Shown here piece by piece: positions 1 to 12,102 of a stretch of DNA of 26,654 bases. The position numbers were made by a program, and so were the translations under genes. The notes beneath the pieces were generated by a model that was not told the DNA's origin, did not search any database, and saw nothing but the letters and a program-made list of their open reading frames with translations. The DNA lies in NCBI RefSeq assembly GCF_004010195.1, contig NC_057719.1, positions 16,173,744-16,200,397 of the forward strand, in the 5' to 3' direction. Source of the DNA: Chiloscyllium plagiosum (Eukaryota). Within the stretch, counting starts at the first letter, position 1; each line of letters begins with the position of its first letter.

Positions 1-582
1 CCACCATACTATTCCATATTATTATTGTTTGAGAGTTATCTGCATTGAGTTTGATTTGGCAATTTAGTTTCACCAATTGAAATAATTGTCAAACTCAAAC
101 CGGTTGAAATAGCTGTCAGCTGTTTTTCTTTGTTTCAAAACTGATGACATTTTTTTATCTGTGATCCAGCCAACAGTGCAAAGCTGGTTTAAACAATAAG
201 CTTTATGGAAAGGTATTGTGAAATAGCAATTTGCAACAGAACTGTAGACGTGGAGCAGTCTTATGTTCTTTTTACGGTAAGAACATTTCTTTAAAGAAGA
301 ATTTCACTTCCTCATGTCTAACCTGCTAGCCCAAGTTGTCTCTGATTAGTTGTCACGATATCTATTCCCACTTTCACATGAAAGCAACATTCTTATAGTG
401 TTGCATCATCACATATTTGTAATTCACGACCTGCTCACTTGACAAGGTAATTTACAATTGTGTTGTAACTAGGCACAAACATGATCATGTTATCAAATTT
501 TCCAGAACACATTCTACTTCTATTTTCTGACCTGCCAACTGATCACAAACATCACAATTTTGTTTTCTTTTTACACTTCAGG

Positions 583-672
583 ATTTTTGATAGACAAGAA
601 AGGCAAAGATTGTGGATACAGATAGGAAGGTGGCGTCGAGACCAAAACCAGATCAGCCCTGATCCCATTTGA
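583..672 (+). mobile_element. Short decayed CR1 3'-UTR fragment
   Basis: ttgatagacaag...ccagatcagccctgatcccatttga resembles the CR1 3' UTR motif seen elsewhere in the window (22312-22330 agccatgatcatattgaat). Confidence 0.45.
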
Positions 673-692
673 TTCCACATATGTATTATGTT

Positions 693-950
693 AATGACCA
701 GATAAATGGTTTATTGCTATGTAGATTGAGAGACAAATATTAGTTATGATACTACTTCTCTGAAGTACTATTATGGGATCACTTATACCCACATGAGAGG
801 TCAGAGAGTGTCTCAGTTTACATCTCATCGAAACGATGGCACCTCTGACAGTGCAGCACCATCTCAGCACACATGGAATTCTCAGCATGGATTAGTGAGC
901 TCAACAAGCCCTGAAGAACTTGAACCCACAACAAACTGAACCACAGCTCC
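693..950 (-). mobile_element. Decayed Deu-type tRNA-derived SINE (SacSINE1/AmnSINE1-like)
   Basis: Reverse-complemented Deu-core motif catctcatcgaaacgatggcacctctgacagtgcagcac (821-859) and head remnant ttgaacccacaac...aactgaaccacagc. Confidence 0.65.
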
Positions 951-1319
951 TCATGGGAGCTAATGTTGGGAAATAACATAAGGGCAAGAATTTCCCAAAA
1001 ACCGATTGAGATTATGCCCAAAAAACGATGACTGAACAATGAGGTTCTAGATATTGCATTATGATTGTTGTGTTTACCAATGTCGAAGGGGTTGCATTGA
1101 CTATCTTGTCATTTTAGAATTTTAAGGAATGACATGGGATGCTTGAAAGACCGAATGATCCACACTTGTTCAAAAGTCCAACGTTTCGCAGGGGTCCTTC
1201 AGATGATGGGAAAGTGATGTCCCTCATACAAGCATCATAACTCTAAGGACTTTCTCATGAGGCAATGTTTCTGCTGCCTGATAAGTGAGCAGATTTTAGT
1301 GAAAGTTGGAAACATTCAT

Positions 1320-1790
1320 GTCTGGTCAGAAAACTATAGCTTCACACCCATTGCAGGAATTAAGCATGAAACTGACACTATTATTCTTGGTGCTGTCTTT
1401 CAGATGAAATGTTTAACCTTTTCTGCTGGTGTGAAGTAGAAAAAAAAAGATGAAGCATGACTATGAGAACTTTTCCAGCATCCAATCAACACCATCTAAA
1501 CAGTTCTGAAGACGAGTCACTGGACTTGAAACCTGTTTCTCTCTCCATAAATGCTGCCAGACGTGCTGAGTTTCTCCAGCAATCTCTGTTTTTGTTTCAG
1601 ATTTCCAGCATCAGCAGTTTCTTAGATTTTTTTTACCTTCTCAAGGGATTAGCTTTGCCATTCTGGTTTGTGCTATGTTTGTCCGTGTAACCTCAGTAAC
1701 AACACTTTGAAAATAGTAAATTAGCTGTGAGTACTTTGCAATGACCTAAGGATGTGAACAATGCTATTGAAATACAAGTTCTTTCTTTAG
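1320..1790 (+). mobile_element. Decayed Deu-type SINE, interrupted by a Penelope-derived fragment
   Basis: ggtgctgtctttcagatgaaatgtttaacc core at ~1390-1420; L2-like tail gatgtgaacaatgctattgaaatacaagttctttcttt at ~1751-1788. Confidence 0.55.
1504..1625 (+). mobile_element. Penelope-like element terminal (pLTR) fragment with degenerate hammerhead core
   Basis: CTGAAGA (1506-1512), stem gagtc-actg-gactt, GAAA (1528-1531). Followed by atgctgccagacgtgctgagtttctccagc...atttccagcatcagcagt, homologous to 21944-22009. Confidence 0.7.
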
Positions 1791-1869
1791 CTATTTAGAT
1801 AAAAGGAGGAAGTCTCATTGAGTATGTTACTTATGAGTTGCTCTTTAATAGAATGTTACATTGCCATGA

Positions 1870-2236
1870 CCAGTAGACACCCCAAGGTGTTTTACTGCAA
1901 GTGATGGTATTTTCAGAATATAGAAATTACGGCAGCCAGTTGTGTACAGTCAGGTCCCACATACACTATATGTCTATGATCAGATCATCTGTTTTTGTCC
2001 TGTAAATTGAGAGACCACCTTTAGTCAGGACACCAGGGATAGGTCAAATGTTCTTTTTGAAGTATTGTCCTTAGATCATTTGAAACCACCTGAGAGATCA
2101 GATTGGTCATTTCATCCAAATGATGGCACCTCTGACAATACAGCACTCTCTCAGCACACACAGGATTGGCTTCATGAACTCAACACGTCCTGATGAATGG
2201 TAAGCACCCATAATCAACTGAGCCACAGCTAACACT
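1870..2236 (-). mobile_element. Decayed Deu-type SINE
   Basis: Deu core tttcatccaaatgatggcacctctgacaatacagcactctctcag and head remnant caactgagccacagctaaca; homologous to 693-950. Confidence 0.65.
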
Positions 2237-3652
2237 AACACTGGGAGTAACACAATGGCAAGGCTATCCTGAAACGTATTGAGATAATGCCCAAAAGGTT
2301 TTGACTGACCAACAAAATCTCAGACATTGCATGCTGCCTGGTGTGTTTATTATGCTGAGTGGGTGCATTGACAATGTGGTCATTATGGAAGTACAGGCTG
2401 CAAGAACCCCTAAATGAGAATAAATTACATACACTAGTGTAAAGAAGCTCTGTCCCACTAAAGAAACCGTGTGACATTTTGAACAGAGGCCAGCAGAAAG
2501 TAGGCTTTCCCAATTGTCAATGGTGTTGGAACCTTCAGTCTCCTTTATAAGTTTGAAGACAAACTAGAGATAAAAATGTTCTTTGGCAAAGACTGTACAC
2601 TGAGATTGTTTTAATGTCTTGTTTTAATGTCTGATTAAAGGAGAAGTGCAACCAATGAGCTACAGCTGATGAGCTTATTTTAATCATGGTAGTTTGCTTT
2701 TTACATTTCCTTCAAGTAGCTAGCAGACATCTCAATCACTGACATACAAGGGTGTCATCCCTTGGTACCCCCTTGTTACTTTGTTCATAAGTGTATTCTG
2801 CAAGAATACTCACATATGAAAATGTAATTGCAATAAATTATAATTGCACTGTTGGAAACTCATTATCTTGTACAATAGTAACATTATCTTGTTCTGCGGT
2901 TTTACTGGGTACACCTTTGCTTTAATTCTCAATACATTAGTGTACCTCCTAGAAATTATACATTTGCATTTCAAAGAAATGTAAGGTTATCTATATACTT
3001 TGCAAAGCCTTTGAGGAAGACTCTTATTGTTTGGGGGAGAATATATATGCAGCATGCCCATTTTTGTGTGTCCCTTTTCATTTCTGTGTATTGTCTGATG
3101 CACATCATCAGGAAATTTCACTTCATGGATTACCAAAAATTCCCATGATACAGAGGCAATGATTTTGAAATTTTACAATTTTGAGTTAAAAGACCAAAAG
3201 ACCAAGTCTCCTGTTCTTGTTATGCTTGAATGAAATTTAATCCTCCCAAGGTAATTTTCCCAGAAGATCGAAGAGTTGAGAGTGTCACAAGTGCTAAACC
3301 TTGACTCAATCCTTTAATCAATTTTTCTATTCAGCTGAATGCTGCATCAGGACCAGCTAAGGAAAAGAATACCATTATATGTAACAGATGAGGGTATCCA
3401 ATATTTTGTAATAACTGTGAAATTTAAATTATTGAAAAAGACTTTTGGATTCTGCCACTGCATCTAGATGTATAGGCATTCCAGATTAGAAAATGTAAAA
3501 TAGGAGAATTGCTTTTTTTAGATTTTATTTCTGGAAGCATTTGCCTCAGAATCTCCAAGCTTTTAGTCTGGAGTTTTATCTCAATCACACCAACTATTTT
3601 GGAGTCAGTGGGAGGGTACATTCTGACTGGGGCAAGATGAGCAATTGCTACT

Positions 3653-3971
3653 TTAGATTAGATTACTTACAGTGTAGAAACAGGCCCTTCAGCCCAACAG
3701 GTCCACGCCGATCTGCCGAAGCACAACCCACCCAGACCCGTTCCCCTACATTTACCCCTTCACCTAACACTACGGGCAATTTAGCATGGCCAATTCACCT
3801 AACCTGCACATTATTTGGATTGTAGGAGGAAACCGGAACACCCGGAGAAAATCCACACAGACACGGGGAGAATGTGCAAACTCCACACAGAGAGTCGCCT
3901 GAGACGGGAATTGAACCCAGATCTCTGGCGTTGTGAGGCAGCAGTGCTAACCACTGTGCCACCATGCCGCC
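3653..3971 (-). mobile_element. Full-length HE1-type V-SINE
   Basis: Minus strand reads ggcggcatggtggcacagtggttagc (A box)...gggttcaattccc (B box), V-core gtgtggagtttgcacattctccccgtgtctg, CR1-like 3' end gggctgaagggcctgtttc and an (AATCT)n tail. Confidence 0.92.
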
Positions 3972-4143
3972 GATTTAAAGCTAAGTTCCATTTCAAGACA
4001 GTTCGGTTTCTGCACGAATATTGCAGGTTTTGCAGATGAGCAGCCAAATCTGGTCCGATCTGGATTTGAACCCACAACCCACAACTTTAGGCTGATCGCT
4101 ATTTTCTACCTGCCCATTTTATTAACCACGTTTGTCCTACACA

Positions 4144-4820
4144 AAACATACGATTTAGGAGCAGGGTACCAGGAGTAACCTGCTCCACCATATGACAAGA
4201 TTATGGCTGATCTGACCGGGGCCTCAAATCCACTCTCCTAATTGACACAAATAGCCTTCAATTCAGTTGATGGTCAAGAATCTACCTATCTTGGCCTTGA
4301 GAATATTCAATGACTCCACTCCATCGCCCCAACACTCAGGAAAATAGAGTTCCATGAACTAACAAGGCACTGAGAAAAAATATTTCTCTTCCTAAAGACG
4401 TCTTATTTTTAACCAATTGTCCACTTGTCCTATTCTCATGAGAAGCTCCCATATCCCAGATATCAGTCAAGTGAACATTCTTTAAAACATTTACGTCCTT
4501 TCTTAGGTAAAGAAATGAAAACTACAATCTGTACTCCAAATGTGGCCCCTGTCAACCCTTCATATTTAGCATCAAAATATCCGTCCTTTCATTTCATTTA
4601 CTTTGTAATAAATTACAAGGTTCCATTTAACTTCCTACTCAAGTGCTGCTGTACCTGCTTACTAACCTTTTGTTATTTGTGTTACCACAACACCCAGGTA
4701 CTGCAAAGTTCTGCATTTTCTCTCCATTTAAATAATATGGAGCTTTTTTATTCTTCTCGTCAAAGTAGACAAGTTCACATTTTCCCACAATATACTCCAC
4801 CCCTACCAAATGTCACCCAC
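4144..4820 (-). mobile_element. Old decayed CR1 LINE 3' portion
   Basis: Reverse-complemented 3' UTR (attatggctgatctg) and remnants of the ORF2 C-terminus (tactccaaatgtggcc = RPHLEY motif); no intact frame. Confidence 0.65.
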
Positions 4821-4825
4821 ATTCC

Positions 4826-5005
4826 ATTGGAGGTGGTTCAAAGAGGTTAATTGCTGGATTGAACAGTTTTATAATAAAAGGTTTGACACACTGGGATTGT
4901 TCTCTCTTGAGTTAGAAAGTTGAGGTTTGACACATTTGTAGTATATAAGATCCTGAACAGTTTGATAAGTTCAATACAGAAATGGTGCTTCTCCTTGTGG
5001 GTGAA
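4826..5005 (+). mobile_element. Decayed CR1 ORF2 C-terminal fragment
   Basis: Remnants of LEVVQR, LGLFSLE and VYKIL. Confidence 0.55.
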
Positions 5006-5006
5006 T

Positions 5007-5152
5007 CATAGAGTGATGGATATCAACATCATAGAGAAAGGCCCTTCAGCCCATTAAGTATGTGCCAGTCATAAACAAGCACGATTCTAATCCCATTTTC
5101 CAGCATTTGGCCCATAGCTTTTTATGCCTTGATATCATAAATGCACATCTAC
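5007..5152 (-). mobile_element. CR1 3'-tail fragment
   Basis: aaaggcccttcagccca and ctaatcccattttccagcatttggcccata match the 3' ends at 14090-14405 and 23131-23416. Confidence 0.6.
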
Positions 5153-5656
5153 ATAATGTCATTTTTTATGTACACGAATCATATTTCTTTTACAATGTGG
5201 AAACTTACTGAATGCCTTCAGAATGGTTAAATAATCTACATCACAGGCATTTCCCTGTCAATTGGATTAGTAACTTTCTCAAAACATCTAAATGGTATTG
5301 CTCAACATGAAATATTCCTTGCTGATGTAGACTTCAACATCTCTTTTTCTAGAAGGGCCAGATTTTCAACAATGAAGTGGACAGCTTGAGTTGTGAAATT
5401 GTGTCAGATTTGCTGTGATTAAAAAAATACAACATTGTTTTGAAGACCAATAATGTCTTGTTATCATTTGTGAAACTGGGGTCTAAGGGGGAGGAAAAAG
5501 AGATTTTTCGTTACGTTATGTGAAAGTCTGACTTTTTAAAAGGTCAGAAAGTCATTTTTGAGCAGTAAGTTCTGCATTTCAATGAAGTCATATGATTTGA
5601 GCCAAATGATAGAAAAACATGGGGGAGAAAGTTACTTAGGTATGTACAAAACCCAC

Positions 5657-5681
5657 AGAGGGAGAGAGCGAGAGAGAGAGA
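5657..5681. repeat. Imperfect (GA)n microsatellite
   Basis: agagggagagagcgagagagagaga. Confidence 0.7.
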
Positions 5682-5720
5682 GCATGGGGGTGGAGGCATG
5701 CAAAAGCACATTCATGAAGG

Positions 5721-6080
5721 GGGAGGAGGCAATTGCCTAGTGGTATTAACACTGAACTGTTAATCAGAGACCCAGGTCATTTGCTGGGGACATGAGTTCA
5801 AACCTTGCCATGGCAGATGGTGGAATTTGAATTTAACAAAAATCTGGAATTTAAAGTCTAATGAAGACAATGAATCCATTATCAATTGTTGGAAAAATCC
5901 ATCTGGTTCTCTAATATCCTTCAGGGAAGGAAACTACCATCCTTATCTGGTCTGGCCAACATGTGACTCCAGACCCACAGCCATAAGGGTGACTCTTAAC
6001 TGCCCTCTGGGCAATTAGGGATGGGCAATAAATGCTAGCCTAGCCAGCAATGTCCTCATCCCATGAATTCATAACAAAAA
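5721..6080 (+). mobile_element. Full-length tRNA-derived SINE of a second family, not HE1
   Basis: A box ttgcctagtgg (5733-5743), B box gagttcaaacc (5794-5804), body ggttctctaatatccttcagggaaggaaac, 3' end gggcaattagggatgggcaataaatgc...catcccatgaat plus A-rich tail. An inverted partial copy lies at ~7445-7575. Confidence 0.85.
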
Positions 6081-6137
6081 CATAGTGCTGTTAACAACAG
6101 TTCCTAAGCAGTCAGGGTCAGACAAAAGTAATGGTAT

Positions 6138-6888
6138 TGTTATGAAGCTGAAGGTATGTACTTTACCTTTACAAGAGAGTGAATGCTATTCTGAACTGAG
6201 AGAATGCAAGCACCTATGTATATGACTAGATGGCAGTCCGAGAGTGTACTAGAAAATTGAAAATATGTAACATTTGACTATGAAATGGATACCTGAGTTT
6301 TGGTTGCTGTTTTGACAACAAGTTTAATTTAACCGATCAGTTTAAATTATGCCCCAGGTTACTAAAATCCAATTGAGTTTGAATTTATTGTTTTGCCAAC
6401 ATCAAACCAATGTGATGAACTGATGTTGGGGATGTAAAAAATGCGGGCATTTTGAAAATTGGAGAGAGAGCAACTGCCATTGAGTCACACCCAAGAAATT
6501 AGGAAACACTTTCTATCAAAGGTACCTTTTCAAATGCAACATATTCGCAGTAAAAACAAAGAAGATGGCCCAGGGAATTCAGAAGCCAAAACAATGAAGT
6601 CACAGAAGACAACAGTGGCTGTGTGGTTCTGAAATTAAGTTAATGTAATTTTAATAAGTGTCTTATTGGAACAGCATATTGTTATTAAGTTGAGGGCAGA
6701 TAATAAGCAGTTAAGGGGAACTTAGAGTTGTGAATAGTTATTGTTTAATGTTCACTTTTAGAGCTAGAAAATATATTTTTTTGTTTTAAATGGTGGAATT
6801 TGGGAGTTCTCTGTCACTCATATTTTAGCAGATGTGAAAAGGTGAGCTTTTCTGGGTGTTTGGTTAATTAAGAGAAGGAGTCGCAGCA
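6138..6888 (+). mobile_element. Probable solo LTR (~750 bp)
   Basis: Starts TGTTATG and ends ...gtcgcagCA. Flanks GTAT (6134-6137) and GTAC (6889-6892) fit a 4-bp TSD with one mismatch. No coding potential. Confidence 0.6.
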
Positions 6889-6919
6889 GTACCAAAACAT
6901 TATAAATAGAGGCTAAGAG

Positions 6920-7437
6920 CCAGGATGTTACAGAACATCATAACAAGGTGCTAAAGCCAGTAACTAAATATTTAGTGGTTTATGACCTTTTGAGAGAACA
7001 GGCTGGAATGGAAGGGTGGTGAGGTAACTTTGTTAGTATGAAATAAATTAAGCATGTTACAAGAAATGATCCCGGATTGGATGATACAGAATCCATAAGA
7101 GAGGTGAAACATAACAAGAGGAAGCAGTCAATGATGACAGCAGTATATTGACTTCCTAACTGTAATTGTTCTGAAGGGCAAATTATAAATGAGAGGATAA
7201 CAAGGGCATGTAAAAAAGGCAGTATATTAATCGTGGGTGATGTTAATCTTCTTACGAGTTGGGAAAATCAAACCGACAGAGGTAGCTACACAGAAGAAGT
7301 CACAGGGCGTATTCTGGATAATTTCCAAGAACAATATGTTATGGATTCAACCAGGCTATTTTGGATCTGGTACTGTGTAACGAGGCAGATTTAATAAATG
7401 ATCTTCGAGAAAAGATCCAATCATTACATGCTAGCAT
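6920..7437 (+). pseudogene. Decayed CR1 ORF2 AP-endonuclease fragment
   Basis: Disrupted motifs KGGEVTLLV, CKKGSILIVGDVN, EQYV, AILDLVLCNE. Confidence 0.75.
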
Positions 7438-7444
7438 TGCTCTA

Positions 7445-7575
7445 GCTTTTAATTTCAGTTTTTGTTTAAATTGAATTCAAATTTCACCATCTATCAGGGT
7501 GTCATTTTAACCTATGTCCTCAGAGTATTAGCCTGACCCTCTGGATTACCAATCCAGTGACACTCCCACCCACCT
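7445..7575 (-). mobile_element. 5' fragment of the SINE family at 5721-6080
   Basis: ttgaattcaaatttcaccatct is the near reverse complement of agatggtggaatttgaattta (5815-5835). Confidence 0.65.
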
Positions 7576-7577
7576 CC

Positions 7578-7718
7578 CCTAAAGAAAATAGCTACAGAAA
7601 TAATAGGTGTAGTGATAGTAATCTTCCAAGAATCCTTAGACTGTGGAAAACTCATGGATGATTAGAAAACTGTGGAAGTAATATTACTCAAAAAAGGAGG
7701 GAGACAAAAATGGAAACT
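7578..7718 (+). pseudogene. CR1 ORF2 fragment just upstream of the RT domain
   Basis: Translates LKKIATEIIGVVIVIFQESLDCGKLMDD*KTVEVILLKKGGRQK. Confidence 0.7.
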
Positions 7719-9025
7719 TTTGATATTCTGACTTTCATGGCCAGAACCTGTACCATCTGGCATGTGGGGGCAGGAAAGCAGAAATGGATGAGGCATTGCA
7801 ATAAGGAGAGTTTATAGTGATGAGAGGCAATTGATTGGAAATGAAAGCAAAAATTTGATGTAGCTTTTTAAAGCTTAAGGGGAAAATCACAAAATATATT
7901 CTTAACATTGAGACATGCTTTTGTCATTCTCCACATGTTTTCCCAAATTTCTCACCATTGCTCATGTTGTCCTGACAGAAGGGGTATAGTGGAATTCAAA
8001 CATAGACTTATATTTTCAATTTCCAAGTCTAGACAGATAATTCTTGAATTGAGAGAGTTGGGAACAATTTGGCTGATGTATCTGTGATTTTTTTTGACAC
8101 TCAAAGGCGAAACCATCGTGGTCTTGTGGATTTATCAGATTTTAGTTTGAGCTTTTATCTTATGTTGTTTGCTTGTTTTTGTTAACTTTAATGAGTTCCA
8201 GTCCTTGATTCATTATTTAATTTCTTGTTTACCTCACTTCTTTTTTTAATATTTTTCACTGTTCTTTTGTAATTTTACCCAATAATTGTCTTGGCCAGTT
8301 GGTTTGTGGTTTTCTTTGTCTCATGTTATTCATGTTAGGTGCAATAAAACCCTAAAATCTTAGTAACTGTATTAGGTTTCTCCTTTTCAAACCTAGCACA
8401 AAGTTCAGTCACAGTGTCATCACTGTTGGGAAAAGTATTCACTTACTGTTAGATTATTTACTAAGTATGGCATGACCTTCCGTTGATTCTAGAACACTTT
8501 GTTCTTAAAAATAACCTGAATCATCTTGTAAAATTTGCTACATTTCTGAGTTCTATAAAACTTCGCATTTACATAGCACCTTTGTGAGTCATCTCACAGG
8601 AAGGTTATCATACAAGATCTGTTGGAGACAAAAATGACCAAAAGCTTAACTAAAGAGGATTGACTTAAAGAGGGGATAGAAAGATAGGGAGTTCCAGAAT
8701 TTAGGAATTTGGCAATTGGAGATACCATAGTCAATAGTGAAGCAGTAAAATTGGAGAGGCTCAAGAGACCAGAATTAGAGGACCACAAATATCTTTGAGT
8801 ATTTTAGATCTGGAGGATATTGCAGGGATAAGGAGAGATATGGCCAGGGGGTGTTTTGAAAGCAAGGATGAGAATTTAAAAATTGTAGTGTTTCCAGGTA
8901 GAGTCAGTGAATGTCAGTGAGCATGGGGTGATGGAACTTCACTACTGTTAGGATATAGGAGCAGCCTTTTGGATGAATTTAATTTTGAATAGGGAGAAGA
9001 ATAAGAGTCTGGCATGGTAAGTATT

Positions 9026-9210
9026 AATCACACAACAGCTAGTTATAGTCCAACAAGTTTATTTGGAAGCACTAGCTTTCGGAGTGCTGCAGCTGATGAA
9101 GGAGCAGCGCTCTGAAAGCTAGTGTTTGCAAATAAACCTCTTGGACAATAACCTGATGTTCTGTGATTTTTAACTTTGTCAATGCCAGTTCAACACTGGG
9201 ACCTCCACAT
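9026..9210 (+). mobile_element. Penelope-derived fold-back insertion with minimal hammerhead core
   Basis: Inverted arms 9026-9090 and 9104-9168. CTGATGA 9093-9099 ... GAAAGCTA 9114-9121. 13-bp TSD catggta(a/t)gtatt at 9013-9025 and 9211-9223. Confidence 0.85.
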
Positions 9211-9308
9211 CATGGTATGTATTGGAATGAAGTCTAGAGCTAATGGGGGTATGGATGAGGTTTTGAGCAGTACGTTGATATGAGACTTGGGCAGGATCAG
9301 ATTTTTAA

Positions 9309-9515
9309 TAGATTAGATTCCCTGCGTGTGGAAACAGGCCCTTCGGCCCAACAAGTCCACACCAACCCGCAGAAGATTAACCCACCCAGACCCATTTCCC
9401 TTTAACTAATGCACCTAACACTATTGGCAATTTAGCATGGCCAATTCACCTGCCCTGCACATCTTTGGACTGTGAGAGGAAACTGGAGCATCCGGAGGAA
9501 ACACACACAGACACG
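9309..9515 (-). mobile_element. 5'-truncated HE1-type V-SINE
   Basis: Collinear with 3653-3865 and with the reverse complement of 17210-17421; tRNA head absent. Confidence 0.9.
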
Positions 9516-10195
9516 ATGATGATCCTGAAGTTGAAATAAATTGTTTTAGTGGTTAAGGGGATTCATTGGCCATTACTCATTTTAGGATTAAATCTGAGAC
9601 CAAAATTGTCAATAGACTGGTTCAACCGTAGGTCATTGCCACAACTATAATTGCAAATTTGGGTTTGAAAGTGAGCAGAACCAAATCTACCTTTAAGTAT
9701 GTTTTGTATTTCTCAATTTCAAAATTGGTAAAGACCCAATTTTAGATTAATTCCTTGGTTCTGAGAGTTTTACAGGGTTGTCTGCAAAGTGTTTCAACTA
9801 TTTAAATGAGATGTTTTAAACCCCTTGCTCAGAAACAAGGTTAGGAGATAAAAAAAAATTGGGTTGTCTCGTAGCAACAGGAGTATTCTATGACACATGT
9901 CAACAGAGATAGAGATAGAAATCAGTTAAGTTAAAAGTACAGAAGGTCACGGCAGAAGAAAACGAAATCCTCAGTGGCTTAATGTCAGTAAGAGAAAATG
10001 TCCAGAAAACAGAAGGTTATGGCAGAGGAACTTAAAGGATCCATGTTAAGAAGTAATTGAGCTATGTTAGTTTCTCTAAGGGGAATTTAATGAAAGAAAA
10101 AATATTGAGTAAGCACAGAATTTTGTCAAAAAAAACCCAATAGCAGCCAGCGCTGCTGAACAAGGAACCTTAAAGTAGAAACACTGTGACCCTTT

Positions 10196-10360
10196 AGACC
10201 ATAAGACAGAGAAGCAAAATTAGGCCAGTTGGCCCACTGAGTCTGCACCACCATTCAATCATTGCTGATACATTTCTCTCAAACCCATTCTCCTTCTTTC
10301 TCTCCATAATCTTTGATCTCTTGACTAATCAAGAACCTACCTACCTCTCTTTTAAATGCA
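10196..10360 (-). mobile_element. CR1 3'-tail fragment
   Basis: agaccataagacagagaagcaaaattaggcca...ccattcaatcattgctgat...aatcaagaacctacctacctc, homologous to the 3' ends at 4144 and 20558. Confidence 0.75.
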
Positions 10361-10586
10361 ATTTTGAGTAACTGTAAGATTATTGTTGAGGGCAAAGAGG
10401 ATGTAATTTTATTTCTGATTAAAATAAGTCTGTGTTAACAAGTTCTTGTTGCATTTTATGTAATTAGTTTTTTTGTAATAAATGTTGATGTTCTTCTACT
10501 AAAAGTGTATTGGCAGCCTCTTATGCATAAATTCAATGATTAATCACCACAATAAACAAATTGTAAAAGTAAAACTTATGCTTTGT

Positions 10587-12102
10587 TGTTATGGACAAGG
10601 CCAGATCCCCACAAAACATTTCAAGTAAGTGGCCCAGACCCTAACTTTGCTAGTCGTTTTAAGCAGGCGTATGGTAGATATGCCAGAAGTGATGCAGCTG
10701 GCCAAACCACTTAGTTTTAAACAAAACAGAATTTATTTACAAGATTACCGAATGAAACACAAATGTAACAGAGCTGAACTGAATAATTTCATCTACCTGA
10801 AGACCCACAGATCATCCCAACTTCATGATGCTGTTCCAAATACTTGCAACAATTCCCATAAAGACCCTTTGGTGCAAAAGGTAAAATCTACCACAGATTG
10901 TTACAGGATAGAAGTCAGAGAGAGGGTACCAGTCTAGACCTGCTTCTTTGGATCCAGCAGCTTCAAAAAACCTACCATGTAAAAAAACCCAACCAGACCC
11001 AGGAAAAACTGAGCTGGGAACACTGGCCACTTCCCTTTCATTGTACATGTTTGTTTCAAGCTTAAAAGCCTTTTGCCTGAGTCGGCATCTGTTAGTATAA
11101 TCAAATTGGCCCTAAAACTCATCCAAGCCAGACTTTTTGGAGTCTGTGTCTTTTACGACCTCTCTGAAAGGAAAAGGACAACAGATGACACTAAAGTCGG
11201 TGGAGTAGTGGACAGTTTGGAAGAATGTTACTAGTTGCAGGGGGACTTGGATAAACTACAGAATTGGGCTGAGAGGTGGCAAATGGAGTTCAATGCAGCT
11301 AAATGTGAGGTGATGTACTTTGGGAAGAATAACAGGAAGGCAGAGCACTGGGTCAATGGAAAGATTGTTGGTAGTGTGGATGTGCAGAGGGATCTTGGAA
11401 TCCATGTACATAGATCCCTGAAAGTTGCCACCCAGGTTGATAGTACTGTTAAGAAGGCATGCGGTGTGTTAAGTTTCATTGGTAGAGGGATTGAGTTCCG
11501 GAGCCGCAATATCATGCTGCAACTATACAAAATGCTAGTGCGGCCACACCTGAAATATTGTGTACAGTTCTGGTCGCCATATTTTGGGAAGGATGTAGAA
11601 GAATTGGAAAAGGTGCATAGGAGATTTATCAGGATGTTGCCTGGTCTGGAGGAAGGTCATATGAGGAAAGGCTGAGAGACTGGGATCTGTACTCATCGGA
11701 AAGAAGAAGGCTAAGAGGGGATTTGATAGAGACATACAAGATGATCAGAGGATTAGATAGGGTAGACAGTGGGAAAGTCTTTTTCCTAGGATGATGACAT
11801 CAGCTTGAACGAGGAGGCATAACTACAAATTGAGGGGTGATTGATTTAAGACAGATGTCAGAGGCAGGTTCTTTACTCAGAGAGTGGTAAGGGTGTGGAA
11901 TGCTATATCTGCTAATGTAATTAACTCAGCCACATTAGGGAGATTTAAACAATCCTTGGATAACACATGGATGATGATGGGATAGTTTAGGGGGACGAGC
12001 TGAGAATAGTTGACAGGTTGGCGCAACATTGAGGGCTGAAGGGCCTGTTCTGCGCTGTATTGTTCTATGTACTAACCTTGTTAAAGGAGCAGCTTCATCA
12101 CA
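10587..12102 (-). mobile_element. Probable solo LTR (inner), interrupted by a CR1
   Basis: Termini TGTTATG (10587) and CATCACA (12102) form a short imperfect inverted repeat. TTTATT (minus-strand AATAAA) at ~10732. About 625 bp once the CR1 is removed. Flanks ttgt/ctat match at only 2 of 4 positions. Confidence 0.6.
11182..12071 (+). mobile_element. 5'-truncated CR1 LINE (RT C-terminus and 3' UTR)
   Basis: Begins at DDTKVGGVVDS. ORF 11235-11675 has WQMEFNAAKC, QRDLG, LVRPHLKYCVQFWSP. Frameshifts follow. Ends gggctgaagggcctgttctgcgctgtattgttctatgt. Confidence 0.95.

Noticed and set aside
3895..3971. tRNA-like A/B boxes (also near 5733, 17095 and 22945)
   Set aside because: These are SINE heads continuous with SINE bodies, not tRNA genes.
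4425..4850. 141-aa ORF
   Set aside because: Antisense shadow of a decayed CR1.
5209..5412. Minus-strand 204-nt exon candidate (ttttttaatcacag ... TCA|GTAAGT)
   Set aside because: All three frames contain stops; at most non-coding, with no further support.
8446..8502. Short minus-strand exon candidate encoding NQRKVMPYLVNNLT
   Set aside because: Good donor but poor acceptor tract; peptide not recognised.
10629..11122. Overlapping 62-102 aa ORFs
   Set aside because: Within an LTR-like element and without recognisable motifs.
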